A stretch of 64,000 nt of DNA from Acidimicrobiales bacterium (GTDB lineage Bacteria; Actinomycetota; Acidimicrobiia; Acidimicrobiales; RAAP-2). The stretch covers positions 38,126 to 102,125 of the forward strand of contig JBEKCK010000001.1 of assembly GCA_050014915.1 (NCBI GenBank). The letters are read 5' to 3'. The notes under the pieces are model-generated. The model was not told the DNA's origin, ran no database searches, and was given only the letters and a program-made list of their open reading frames with translations. Both the position numbers and the translations under genes were made by a program. Every line of letters begins with the position of its first letter. Positions within the stretch are counted from its first letter, which is position 1. Below are positions 20,318 to 29,695 of this stretch, piece after piece.

Positions 20318-21204
20318 CGGACCCCCTTCGACGTGGTCATCGGCAGTCGCGGATCCATGACCTGATCGCGCCACGACCCCCGCACCCAATCGTGCGTGGG
20401 ATCGTCGCAGAAGGCCATCGTCCGCTCGGGTGCCGGTCCGGCGAGCACGTTGACAAAGTACAGGTCGTAGCCGGGAGCCGCCATCGTCGGTCCGTGGTAT
20501 CCGTACGGGATCAATATCGCGTCACCCGTCGACACCTCGGCGAGCACGTCGATCTGGCGATCGGGGCCGGAACTGTAGACGCGCTGGTAGGCGCCGGGGC
20601 CGGGTTGCCCCGCCCCCGCCCCGCCCCGTACCTCGAAGTAGTAGATCTCTTCCAGCACCGCTTCGCCCGGTCGCGCCTGGTCGTGCTTGTGCGGAGGGTA
20701 CGAGGCCCAGTTCCCACCGGGAACGAGAACCTCGACGGCCACGAGCCGATCGGTCTCGAACCCCTCAGGTGACGCGAAGTTGTTGCACTGGCGACTGGCC
20801 ACACCGGCGCCTCGCAGCTCCACCGCGACGTCATCGGCGTTCCCGTATCGGGCGGGCAGGACGTTGTCGCAGACCGCGCCGAGCAGGGCAAAGCGGCCAC
20901 CGAGCGAACTGAATATCGTCGCCGTCGCGTCGCGTGGCACGTAGGCGAAATCGGTGACGCGATCAAAGACGCTCGCACGACCTTCGAGGACGAAGGACGC
21001 GTCGCCACAGGTCACGACAGAAGACCCCGCGAGCGGCAGGACGATCCACTCCGAGTCGCCGGTGTTCCACGTCGACTGCTCGCCCGGCTTCACCGTGAGC
21101 ACGCGCAGCGAGGAGTAGCGCCAACCGGCGTCGGCCGGGGAGATCGTCATGCCGTACCCGTCGGCCCCCGGCTCGCGTGCCGGCAGGTAATGCGGTTGGT
21201 TCAT
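20314..21204 (-). CDS. iolB: 5-deoxy-glucuronate isomerase
   Basis: GGNWASYPPHKHDQ ... YQRVYS ... YHGP ... YFVNVLAGP are IolB hallmarks. Start at ATG 21204 (MNQPHYL), overlapping the upstream stop as ATGA. The 76 upstream codons of the track ORF are Arg/Gly-rich shadow. Confidence 0.9.
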   Translation of the reverse strand: MNQPHYLPAREPGADGYGMTISPADAGWRYSSLRVLTVKPGEQSTWNTGDSEWIVLPLAGSSVVTCGDASFVLEGRASVFDRVTDFAYVPRDATATIFSSLGGRFALLGAVCDNVLPARYGNADDVAVELRGAGVASRQCNNFASPEGFETDRLVAVEVLVPGGNWASYPPHKHDQARPGEAVLEEIYYFEVRGGAGAGQPGPGAYQRVYSSGPDRQIDVLAEVSTGDAILIPYGYHGPTMAAPGYDLYFVNVLAGPAPERTMAFCDDPTHDWVRGSWRDQVMDPRLPMTTSKGVR

Positions 21205-22073
21205 AGGAGACTGACGGCGGTCTTGACGGCCGACGTCACGTCGTCGTCGGACGGGTAGAGGAGGTTTCGTCCCACGACCAGTCCGCGTACGCCCGGCAGT
21301 CGCAGCGTCTTCTCCCATCGTTCGAACATTTCGTCCGGCCGGTCGTTTCGGGGTCCTCCGAGGAGGACGACGGGCATGGTCGTCGCCTCGGCCACGCGCT
21401 CCATGTCGTCCACCACCGGCACCTTCAGCCACGTGTGCGACGACGTCGCACCGAGCGCGCTGGCGATCGCCATCGACTGCATGACGCCGTTCGTCGAAAG
21501 GTCGTGTTGTATCCGGCCGTCGACGCGGCTGCTCATGAACGGTTCGATCATGGCGATCTTGTCGTTGGACGCGAGTTGGGAGACCGCCTTCGCGCTCGAT
21601 TCCAACACGTTGGCGGTCCCGGGATCGTCCAAGTTGATTCGCAGCAGCATCTTGCCGCCGTCCAGGCGGTGCTCCACGATCGATTCGGTGGTGTACGAAG
21701 TGAATCGGTCGTCCATCTCGAAGACGGCGCCGGGCAGTCCCCCTCGATTCATCGAGCCGAACACGTACTTGCGTTCCAGGGCACCCAGGAGGAACAGGTC
21801 CTCGACGATGTCAGGCGTTCCCAGGACGCCACTGACCCCGGGAATGGCGAGTGCCGTCACGAGTCGGTCCAATAGGTCGTAACGGTTCGACATCGCGCTC
21901 GGATTCGAACCGACGTCGAGCATGCCGCGCGCGGTGTGGTCCGCGGCGATGATCAAGATTCGACCTTCGTCGCTCGTCGGCTCATGACCGAGACGATTCT
22001 TGGCCGCGGCCGCTATGGCGTGAGGCCGCGTGAACCTGGTCTCCAAGAGTTGCTGCCGTGACGCATCGTTCAT
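21201..22073 (-). CDS. class I aldolase (DeoC/LacD family), probable 2-deoxy-5-keto-gluconate-6-phosphate aldolase
   Basis: 290-aa TIM-barrel aldolase-like sequence (IIAADHTARG ... GGKMLLRINL). It is wedged between iolC and iolB with ATGA overlaps on both sides. The function is inferred from context. Confidence 0.65.
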   Translation of the reverse strand: MNDASRQQLLETRFTRPHAIAAAAKNRLGHEPTSDEGRILIIAADHTARGMLDVGSNPSAMSNRYDLLDRLVTALAIPGVSGVLGTPDIVEDLFLLGALERKYVFGSMNRGGLPGAVFEMDDRFTSYTTESIVEHRLDGGKMLLRINLDDPGTANVLESSAKAVSQLASNDKIAMIEPFMSSRVDGRIQHDLSTNGVMQSMAIASALGATSSHTWLKVPVVDDMERVAEATTMPVVLLGGPRNDRPDEMFERWEKTLRLPGVRGLVVGRNLLYPSDDDVTSAVKTAVSLL

Positions 22074-23017
22074 GGGTGTTCCCCTTCCAAGAGTTTTCGT
22101 ACCTCGGCGTCAGTGGGCATGGCCTCGGAACACGACAGACGTGACGCGACGATCGCGCCGGCGGCACTCGCGTACCGAAGCGTCTCGTCCAGGGTCCAGT
22201 CCGATAACACTCCGTGGCACAGCGCGCCGCCAAAACCGTCGCCGGCGCCGAGGCCGTTGACGACCTCGATCGGGATTGCCGGTACTTCGAACCGTTGGGT
22301 GCGCGTCTTGGCCACGACGCCGTCGGGACCGAGCTTCACGACCGCGATCTCGCATCCGAGCTCGAGCAGACGGTCGGCGGCCACGTCGGGGCCGCTGACG
22401 CCGACCGCCACCTCGACCTCAGCGAGGTTGCCCACGGCGACGGTGACGAGTGGGAGTGCCTCGGTCGCACACTGGTGTGCCTCGTCGCGCGACGTCCAGA
22501 ACGAAGGTCGGTAGTCGAGGTCTAAGACGGTCGGGTGTACACGTTCGCGTGCTTCGAGCGCCGCGATCGTCGCGGAGCGACTCGGCTCCTTCGACAACCC
22601 ACCCAACGAAGCCCAAAACAGTCGTGCCGTCTTGATCGCGGCGTAGTCCAACTCCTCGGGGTAGATCTCTAGGTCCGGCGCCTTGGGCTCTCGATAGAAG
22701 TAGATGGGAAAGTGGTCTGGCGGATAGGTCTCGCAAAACGTGACCGGCGTCTGGAATCCGACGCACTCGGTGACGTAGCGATCGTCGACGCCGAAACTTC
22801 GAAGTGCCTCGTGCACGTACGCCCCGAAGGGGTCGGGACCGGTTCGACTGATAAGGGCACTTCGCCGGCCGAACCGGGCCGCGGCGACCGCGACATTCGC
22901 GGGACTACCGCCCAGGAACTTGTCGAAGTGCTTGACGTCGACCAGGCTGCCGTTTTCGGTCGGGTAGAAGTCAACGCCGCAGCGTCCGATGGTGATGACG
23001 TCGAACGCGCCACTCAT
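22070..23017 (-). CDS. iolC: 5-dehydro-2-deoxygluconokinase (PfkB family)
   Basis: MSGAFDVITIGRCGVDFYP ... KFLGGSPANVAV and the C-terminal GAGDGFGGAL PfkB motif. Start at ATG 23017. Confidence 0.9.
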   Translation of the reverse strand: MSGAFDVITIGRCGVDFYPTENGSLVDVKHFDKFLGGSPANVAVAAARFGRRSALISRTGPDPFGAYVHEALRSFGVDDRYVTECVGFQTPVTFCETYPPDHFPIYFYREPKAPDLEIYPEELDYAAIKTARLFWASLGGLSKEPSRSATIAALEARERVHPTVLDLDYRPSFWTSRDEAHQCATEALPLVTVAVGNLAEVEVAVGVSGPDVAADRLLELGCEIAVVKLGPDGVVAKTRTQRFEVPAIPIEVVNGLGAGDGFGGALCHGVLSDWTLDETLRYASAAGAIVASRLSCSEAMPTDAEVRKLLEGEHP

Positions 23018-23216
23018 CGTGACTCTCCGCGTGAACCCCGATGCGCGCAATCGATCGCCGGGGTCACGCTGTCCTTCGACTCGGACGCAGAGGCATCATC
23101 GGCGATCCGTGCGCCGGCGCACGAAAAGACCCCAAAGAGACCATATGTAAGGACAATAGCACTACGAGCAGTTTTGCGACCTAGACTTTCGCCACCGTAC
23201 CTCGCGAAGGATCCCA

Positions 23217-24005
23217 ATGGCTCGTCAAGCAGTCCTGGCCTACAACCCCCTGAGGACCATCGTCCTCGATCGGTCCAGCCCCGTCCCGCTCTACTTCCAG
23301 TTGGCGCAACACATCGAGAACGAAATCCGTTCGGGCAACCTGGTCCCGGGCGATCGACTCGAAAACGAAGTCAAGATCGCCGACGAGCTCGGTCTCTCTC
23401 GTCCGACGGTTCGAGCGGCGTTCAGCTACTTGGTGGACAAAGGTCTAGTGCTGCGCCGACGGGGCCAAGGAACCGTGGTCACGAAGGGCAAAGTCAGTCG
23501 TTCGGTGAAGTTGACCAGCCTCTTCGACGACCTCGCAGAGGCCGGGAAGAGCCCGACGACTCGGGTGCTCCATAACGAGGTCGTGAAAGCATCGGACCTG
23601 GTGAAGAGGTCGTTAGAGCTGGCCGATGACCAGTTCGTGATCTACCTAGAGCGCCTGCGGTTCGGCGACGGCGAACCGATCGCCCTGATGCACAACTTCA
23701 TCCCCACGTCACTCGTGACGATGAGCAACGAGATGCTGGAACAGCACGGTTTCTACGAGCTCTTGCGGGCGGCGGGCGTCTTTCCCGACCACGCCACCCA
23801 GCGGATCTCGGCCAAGAACTCGACCACGAACGAGTCATCGCTCCTCGATGAGCCGCGCGGTACCGCACTCTTGACGATGGAGCGAACCACGTACGACGTC
23901 AGTGGTCGAGCCATCGAATTCGGGCAACACGTGTACCGTGCCTCTCGATACGCACTGATGAGTTCGGTCACGATCGGGGAGGCGACCGGCGACCAGCGGG
24001 TCTGA
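23217..24005 (+). CDS. GntR family (HutC-subfamily) transcriptional regulator, probable inositol-locus repressor
   Basis: wHTH KIADELGLSRPTVRAAFSYLVDKGLVLRRRGQGTVV plus a UTRA-like C-terminal domain. Divergent from iolC. Confidence 0.85.
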   Translation: MARQAVLAYNPLRTIVLDRSSPVPLYFQLAQHIENEIRSGNLVPGDRLENEVKIADELGLSRPTVRAAFSYLVDKGLVLRRRGQGTVVTKGKVSRSVKLTSLFDDLAEAGKSPTTRVLHNEVVKASDLVKRSLELADDQFVIYLERLRFGDGEPIALMHNFIPTSLVTMSNEMLEQHGFYELLRAAGVFPDHATQRISAKNSTTNESSLLDEPRGTALLTMERTTYDVSGRAIEFGQHVYRASRYALMSSVTIGEATGDQRV

Positions 24006-24024
24006 CCGTATTTGATAGTAGTTA

Positions 24025-24053
24025 TTGACAAGCGTAGGGATATGAACTACGGT
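24025..24053 (+). promoter_or_regulatory. putative sigma-70-type promoter of the second ABC/inositol operon
   Basis: TTGACA (24025-24030), 17-nt spacer, TACGGT (24048-24053). Bracketed by the inverted repeat GTAGTT (24018-24023) / AACTAC (24045-24050). Confidence 0.4.
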
Positions 24054-24235
24054 CGCTCGCAGAGCAGCCGGAAACAAGAGATTTGACCTATCGAGTGCAC
24101 GAGACCAGTGCGGACAGGGACGAATTCAACACAGCGGGTTTGGGGGACAGTGGGGGCGCTGAGTAACACCGGAGCACGCGAACGGAACGTGACGTCCCAC
24201 GAGTCCATGACGTCGACGACGACGAGGTCGCGCGC

Positions 24236-25402
24236 GTGAACGAAATCCGATTCGAACACGTCTGGAAGATGTTCGAGGGAAACGCCGTCGTCTCCGATTT
24301 GAACCTGGGGATTCGCGAGGGCGAGTTCTTAGTCCTCGTCGGTCCCTCCGGTTGCGGCAAGACCACCTCCTTGAGGATGCTCGCCGGACTGGAGCGCCCG
24401 AGTCACGGACGGATCTGGATGGGCGATCAGGACGTGACCGACATTCCGACCGGACAGCGCGACATTTCAATGGTCTTCCAGAGCTACGCGCTCTATCCGA
24501 ATATGAACGTGTACAAGAACCTCGCCTTCGGACCAAAGGTCCGCAAGGAGCCCCGCGCCACGCTTCAGCAGCGCATTCACGAAGTGGCCGACATGCTGGG
24601 GATCCGTCACCTCCTCGACCGTTCGCCCGCCGCTCTGTCCGGCGGGCAGCGACAGCGAGTCGCCCTCGGACGAGCGCTCATCCGCGAACCGCACGTCTTC
24701 TTGATGGATGAGCCTCTCTCGAACCTCGACGCTGCGTTGCGGGTTCAGATGCGAGCGGAGTTGATCCGCTTGCACCAACGGCTCGAGAGCACGACGACGG
24801 TCTACGTGACGCACGACCAAGTCGAGGCGCTCACCATGGGGGACCGCGTGGCGGTCCTGAAAGACGGTGTTCTCCTGCAGGTCGACACGGCCAATGACCT
24901 CTACGAGTACCCCGAGTCGGTCTTCGTGGGCGAATTCATCGGTTCACCCAAGATGAACGTGGTCCCGGGCACGCTGGAGGTGTCGGGCGGTCAGATATTC
25001 GTCGAGTGCCTCGGCGTCCGCTGCGACGTGAGCAACGAGTTTGCCGGACGACTCGGTCCGTCGACGACCAACGGACCGGTCTTGGTAGGGATTCGACCGC
25101 ACGACCTTCATATGAAGGGCGAAGCCCCGAGCGACGGTCCGGCCGTACAAGTCCTCATCGACATCTGTGAGCACACCGGAACCGAGATCTTCGCGACGGT
25201 CGAGTTGGGTACGACGAAGCTGATCGCGCGACTGCCGCGCTCACCGATGCCCGAAGCCGGCCAGGCGATCGATGTCTCCTTCAACAAAGAGCGACTTCAC
25301 CTCTTCGACGTCACCTCGCACGAGAGTTTGCTCGGACGTGAGGGGCAACGAGAGCGAATCTCGGTTGGTTCGGAGCCGGTCGTCGAGGCGCAGAGTTCTT
25401 AA
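24236..25402 (+). CDS. sugar ABC transporter ATP-binding protein (MalK/MsiK-like)
   Basis: GTG start. Walker A GPSGCGKT, signature LSGGQRQRV, Walker B FLMDEPLS. Paralog of 11286-12452, also 388 codons. Confidence 0.9.
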   Translation: MNEIRFEHVWKMFEGNAVVSDLNLGIREGEFLVLVGPSGCGKTTSLRMLAGLERPSHGRIWMGDQDVTDIPTGQRDISMVFQSYALYPNMNVYKNLAFGPKVRKEPRATLQQRIHEVADMLGIRHLLDRSPAALSGGQRQRVALGRALIREPHVFLMDEPLSNLDAALRVQMRAELIRLHQRLESTTTVYVTHDQVEALTMGDRVAVLKDGVLLQVDTANDLYEYPESVFVGEFIGSPKMNVVPGTLEVSGGQIFVECLGVRCDVSNEFAGRLGPSTTNGPVLVGIRPHDLHMKGEAPSDGPAVQVLIDICEHTGTEIFATVELGTTKLIARLPRSPMPEAGQAIDVSFNKERLHLFDVTSHESLLGREGQRERISVGSEPVVEAQSS

Positions 25403-25432
25403 AAGTTAAGGAAAGGAAATGAGGGGAGAGAA

Positions 25433-26827
25433 ATGAGAGCATTTAGGAAGGGTGTACTACCGAGAGTGATCGCCGGTTCGGCCATCATCGCGATGTCGAT
25501 CACGACCCTGGCAACGGGCGCCGTGTCGCAAGCGGGGGCGGCGTCCAAGGTCACGATCTCGGTGGCGTACGCCGCGAACACGACCTTTGACACCACGCCA
25601 CTGGGTCTCACCTGGTGGACGAGCGTGAAGAAGGAGTTCGAAACGCAGTATCCCAACGTCAAGGTGAACCTCATTGCGGTGAACGGTGGTGAGCCCGACT
25701 TCCTGACGAAGTTGGCCCTGCTGTACCACTCGACATCGACGGCCCCGACATTGGCGCAGTTCCCGTCGACCGAGATTGCGTTGTACCAGTCGACGGGCTA
25801 TCTGAAGTCGTTGAGTCCCTTCTTGAAGACCTCGTCCTGGTTCGCCCAGTACCCGAAGGTCATCCAAGATGAAGGCCTGATCAACGGCCAGATCTATGCC
25901 GTCAGCACGGGAGAGAACAACGTCGGTCTGTACTACGACAAGGCGATCCTGCAAAAGGCGGGGATTCCGCTGCCGTGGCAGCCGACGAACTGGGCGCAGA
26001 TCATCGCCGCCGCCAAGAAGATCAAGGCCGCCGAACCGAAGGTCATCCCCCTGTGGGTCGACGCCGGCACGAGCGCCGGTCCGAACGGCGCCGGGTACGG
26101 GATCTTGAACCTGTTGGCCGGTTCGACCACTCCGACGATCCAGACGTCGTCGGGCAAGATGGTGGTCGACAGCCCGGGACTGCTCCAGACGCTGGACTTC
26201 TATCACACCGTCTTCGCCGACGGCCTCGGAGCGCCGACGTCACAGCTGTTCAGTCCGAACAACTCACCCAACATTCCGTCGGCGGACTTCTTCAAGGGCA
26301 CCTTGGGAATCGCCGTCGCCGCGAACTTCATCGGTGGTAACTGGACCAAGCAGGTGAGCTTCCCGTACTGGTCGAAGGCCTCGACGGCGATGGGTGTCGC
26401 CGGTCTACCGAAGATCAACGGCGGCGGCTACGCCTCGACGTTGAGCGGCTGGGACTTCGGCATGTCCTCGGGGGCCTCGAGCGCCCAAGCGACCGCGGCA
26501 TTCAACTTCATGAACGTCGCGCAGGAACAGAAGAACCTCATCGACGCCGGTAACTGGGCCGGATGGGTACCGCCCGTCCAGTCCGACTGGACCGTTCCGC
26601 TGTACACGCAGTTCGCCGCTCCGTTCAACGAGGAGTTCGGCAAGTTGCTGCCGTACTCGTCCGAACTACCGACGAGTGCCAACTACTCGGTGTGGGTCCA
26701 GGGAATCGAAGAGGCCAGCGGCACGCTCGCCCAGACGCCCTCCACCTCGGGCGCCACGGCAATGGCCACGATGAAGGCCTTCGTTACGAACCAGTTAGGC
26801 CCGAGTGAAGTAGCGACGCTGAAATAG
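25433..26827 (+). CDS. ABC transporter extracellular solute-binding protein
   Basis: RBS GAGGGGAGAG upstream, then signal peptide MRAFRKGVLPRVIAGSAIIAMSITTLATGAVSQAGA and an SBP-like body. Confidence 0.85.
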   Translation: MRAFRKGVLPRVIAGSAIIAMSITTLATGAVSQAGAASKVTISVAYAANTTFDTTPLGLTWWTSVKKEFETQYPNVKVNLIAVNGGEPDFLTKLALLYHSTSTAPTLAQFPSTEIALYQSTGYLKSLSPFLKTSSWFAQYPKVIQDEGLINGQIYAVSTGENNVGLYYDKAILQKAGIPLPWQPTNWAQIIAAAKKIKAAEPKVIPLWVDAGTSAGPNGAGYGILNLLAGSTTPTIQTSSGKMVVDSPGLLQTLDFYHTVFADGLGAPTSQLFSPNNSPNIPSADFFKGTLGIAVAANFIGGNWTKQVSFPYWSKASTAMGVAGLPKINGGGYASTLSGWDFGMSSGASSAQATAAFNFMNVAQEQKNLIDAGNWAGWVPPVQSDWTVPLYTQFAAPFNEEFGKLLPYSSELPTSANYSVWVQGIEEASGTLAQTPSTSGATAMATMKAFVTNQLGPSEVATLK

Positions 26828-26869
26828 CGGAGAACTCGGAAAGGTACTACAAGACGTGAGAAAGGCCCG

Positions 26870-27799
26870 GTGATGGCGTCGCTCCCAATCGCAGACACCA
26901 TCACCGGACCTTCCATGTCCGAACTCTGGAAGACGCGACACGACAAGTCGCGCTTCCAGTGGAGCAGCCTGGGTCTGTTGACACCGGCCTTCGGGTTGTT
27001 GATCATCCTCTTTCTCGTCCCGATGGGCTTCGCGGTCTATTTGGGACTCACCAATCTGACGCTGGTGGGCCCGACGGCCCTGAAGTGGGGCTTCACCGGG
27101 ATGCAGAACCTCGAGCGGTTGAAGGCCGACACGACGTTCTGGAGTTCGCTCTGGGTGACCGGCATCTTCATCGTGGGTTCGATCGCCGGCGTCGTGGTCC
27201 TGGGCTACGTCTTGGCGTCACTGCTGATGCGCGCGCGGCCGTGGATGCGCATGATCGTCGGCGGCATCGTCGTCGTCGCGTGGATGATGCCCGCGGTCAC
27301 GGCCGGCATGACGTGGTACGCCTCGACGACCGGCGGGGGTGCGTTCTCGACGTTGATCGGGATGCCCAACTCGAACTTCCTCGACAACGATCCCCTACTG
27401 ATCGTGACCCTGGCGAGTGTCTGGTCGATGACGGGGTTCTCGATGCTCGTCATGGGTGCCGCCCTTCGCAACATCCCAAGTGAGGCCATTGAGGCGGCCA
27501 CGGTCGAGAACGCCTCCACGTGGCAGCGCTTTCGGATGATCATCCTGCCGTTGTTGCGGCCCACGATGACCGCCATCGTCCTGCTCACCGGGCTCTTGGC
27601 ACTGGCGAACTTCTCGTTGATCTACATCATGACCCAGGGCGGACCGGGCAACGCGACGAACATCTTGCCGCTGTACTCCTATCAACAGGCCTTCACCTAC
27701 AACAACCTCGCCTACGGCGCGTTGATCGGCAACGTCATGGTCGTCATCGCCACCATCTTCGGGGTCTTCTACGTTCGCATCACCGCGAGGCGGCTGTGA
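26870..27799 (+). CDS. carbohydrate ABC transporter permease
   Basis: Six-TM permease with EAA loop AIEAATVENASTWQRFRMIILP. Confidence 0.85.
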   Translation: MMASLPIADTITGPSMSELWKTRHDKSRFQWSSLGLLTPAFGLLIILFLVPMGFAVYLGLTNLTLVGPTALKWGFTGMQNLERLKADTTFWSSLWVTGIFIVGSIAGVVVLGYVLASLLMRARPWMRMIVGGIVVVAWMMPAVTAGMTWYASTTGGGAFSTLIGMPNSNFLDNDPLLIVTLASVWSMTGFSMLVMGAALRNIPSEAIEAATVENASTWQRFRMIILPLLRPTMTAIVLLTGLLALANFSLIYIMTQGGPGNATNILPLYSYQQAFTYNNLAYGALIGNVMVVIATIFGVFYVRITARRL

Positions 27800-28692
27800 G
27801 CGAGATCGTCGAAGAGACCGTGATCACGGTGGACGACACCACCCCGGCGATCCCGGTCATGCCGCCGGAGAACCGTGAGACCCAGCGGACGAAGGCCCGG
27901 AGCGTGACGCTCCACTTGATCCTCGGCGCCCTCGGGGTCCTCTTCCTGGCACCGATGCTCTGGCTCTTCCTCGCCTCGATCGATAAGAACGCGTCGTGGG
28001 GCATCGAGTGGCCCCACTTCTCGCTCATCAACTTCCGACACGTGCTCACCGGAAGCCTCCTGCACTCGCTCTGGAACAGCGTCGTGCTGGCCGTGATCTC
28101 GACGACGATCGCGTCGGTGACCGGCGTGTTCGCCGCCTATTCGCTCTCTCGGCGAAAGATCCCCTTCAAGGGTCCTCTGCTCCTCTTCATCATCTTCTCC
28201 TCGGGCGTGCCGTTGGCGATCATGGTGATCCCGGTCTACGAGATCTTCTCGAGGTTCGGGTTCCTCTCGATCCTGCCGACCGCGGTCTTCTTGTCGGTGA
28301 CCTCGCTGCCCTTCGAGGTGTACCTGATGAAGAACTTCATCGACGCCGTGCCGACCGACCTCGAAGAGGCCGCGCGCATGGAGCGCGCCAGCACGTTCCA
28401 GGTGCTGCGCCGAGTGGTCATCCCGCTCGCGATGCCGGGAATCGCGGCCGCGTCGATCTTCGGATTCGTCAACGCGTGGGGATCCTTCATCGTCCCGCTG
28501 ATCTTGATCAGTCCCTCGAGCCAGCAACCGGCGCCGATCGCCATCTACACGTTCCTCACGTTGCCCAAGGCCGAGTTCGGCAACATCGCGGCCTACTCAT
28601 TGGTGTTCTGTCTTCCCGTCTTCATCCTCTACGCCGTCTCGTCGCGGCTCTTCCGCGAAGGATTCGTGCTCGGCGGGGGTGTCAAGGGATAA
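27796..28692 (+). CDS. carbohydrate ABC transporter permease
   Basis: Track ORF begins at 27520, inside the previous gene in another frame. Start set at GTG 27796, overlapping the upstream TGA (GTGA). EAA loop LEEAARMERASTFQVLRRVVIP. Confidence 0.85.
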   Translation: MSEIVEETVITVDDTTPAIPVMPPENRETQRTKARSVTLHLILGALGVLFLAPMLWLFLASIDKNASWGIEWPHFSLINFRHVLTGSLLHSLWNSVVLAVISTTIASVTGVFAAYSLSRRKIPFKGPLLLFIIFSSGVPLAIMVIPVYEIFSRFGFLSILPTAVFLSVTSLPFEVYLMKNFIDAVPTDLEEAARMERASTFQVLRRVVIPLAMPGIAAASIFGFVNAWGSFIVPLILISPSSQQPAPIAIYTFLTLPKAEFGNIAAYSLVFCLPVFILYAVSSRLFREGFVLGGGVKG

Positions 28693-28774
28693 TGGACGCC
28701 GCCCCAACCGGCGCGACCACCACCAGTTTCGCAGTCATCGACGCGTCGTCGAAGGAAAAGAAGGAAGACCAGCA

Positions 28775-29692
28775 ATGAAGATCACAGTGGCCAATGCGCC
28801 CATCAGCTACGGGGCGTTCGAGCTCACCGTGGGCATCGACCCGAACGTCCCCGACGGCGAAGCGATCCTCAACGAGGTCCGCGACGCGGGCTACGCCGGC
28901 ATCGACCTCGGACCGGTCGGGTACCTCGGGGACGGTCCGGTGTTGGCCGAGCGCCTCGCCAGCCGTCAACTCGGCCTGGCCGGGGCCTACCTGGAGTTCC
29001 CCTTCACCGACCACGACGCACTGCCCGCGCTCTACCCCGAGCTCGACGCCATGCTCGACACCTTCGACGCGGTGCGCTCGGTCGTGCCCGGTCCCGTCCC
29101 GCATCCGACAATCGCCGACTCGGGCAGCGAGCGTCGACGAAACAACCCCGGTCGCAGTCACGGGGATCGCTCGTGGGGACTGGACGACGACGGGTGGGAC
29201 CGCATGAAGGTGGGACTGGCGGCGGTCGTCGAGCGCTGTCGCGCCCGAGGCTACGAGCCGACGTTCCACCTCGAGACCGGTACCTACGTCGAAGCGCCCT
29301 GGGAGGTCCAGCGCGTGTTGGACATCTCGGACGTCGGGCTCTGTCTGGACACCGGACACTTCTTCGTCGGCGGGGGCGACCCGGTCGTGGCGATCCACGA
29401 ATGGTCCGACCGCATCAATCACGTGCACGTGAAGGACGCCCTGCAGTCGGTGATCGACGGCATCGTCGCCGATCACGTGCCGGCGATGAACATCTGGACG
29501 CGTGAGGCCTTCCCCGCCTTCGGCGACGGTGACGCGAACGTCGCCGGCGTGCTCGCGGCCCTGAAGGACGTCGACTACGAGGGCTGGCTGGTCGTGGAGC
29601 AGGACATCTTCCCGCAGACCTCGGAGCGTTTCGCCCAGGCGATCGACGACCAGAAGAAGAACCGCCGATTCCTCGCCGACCACCAGGTGTAG
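28775..29692 (+). CDS. inosose dehydratase-like TIM-barrel protein (IolE-like)
   Basis: ATG 28775 follows GAAGGAAAAGAAGGAAG. Blocks FHLETGTYVE, LCLDTGHFFVGGGD, INHVHVKD, FGDGDANV and YEGWLVVEQD line up by eye with IolE blocks from B. subtilis as I recall them. Confidence 0.6.
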   Translation: MKITVANAPISYGAFELTVGIDPNVPDGEAILNEVRDAGYAGIDLGPVGYLGDGPVLAERLASRQLGLAGAYLEFPFTDHDALPALYPELDAMLDTFDAVRSVVPGPVPHPTIADSGSERRRNNPGRSHGDRSWGLDDDGWDRMKVGLAAVVERCRARGYEPTFHLETGTYVEAPWEVQRVLDISDVGLCLDTGHFFVGGGDPVVAIHEWSDRINHVHVKDALQSVIDGIVADHVPAMNIWTREAFPAFGDGDANVAGVLAALKDVDYEGWLVVEQDIFPQTSERFAQAIDDQKKNRRFLADHQV

Positions 29693-29695
29693 GCG

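Noticed and set aside
21201-22073. Naming the aldolase iolJ.
   Set aside because: IolJ of B. subtilis is a class II aldolase, whereas this protein looks like the DeoC/LacD class I type. I kept it as a functional analog inferred from context only.
23178-23187. GACCTAGACT, a near match to the GntR/HutC core GTcTAgAC, 30 nt upstream of the GntR start.
   Set aside because: It matches 7 of 8 positions to a short consensus and has no flanking dyad symmetry. That is too weak to call an operator without comparative data.
23014-23217. 67-codon minus-strand ORF filling the iolC / GntR intergenic region.
   Set aside because: It occupies the divergent promoter region, has no RBS, and overlaps the iolC start. 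It is most likely non-coding.
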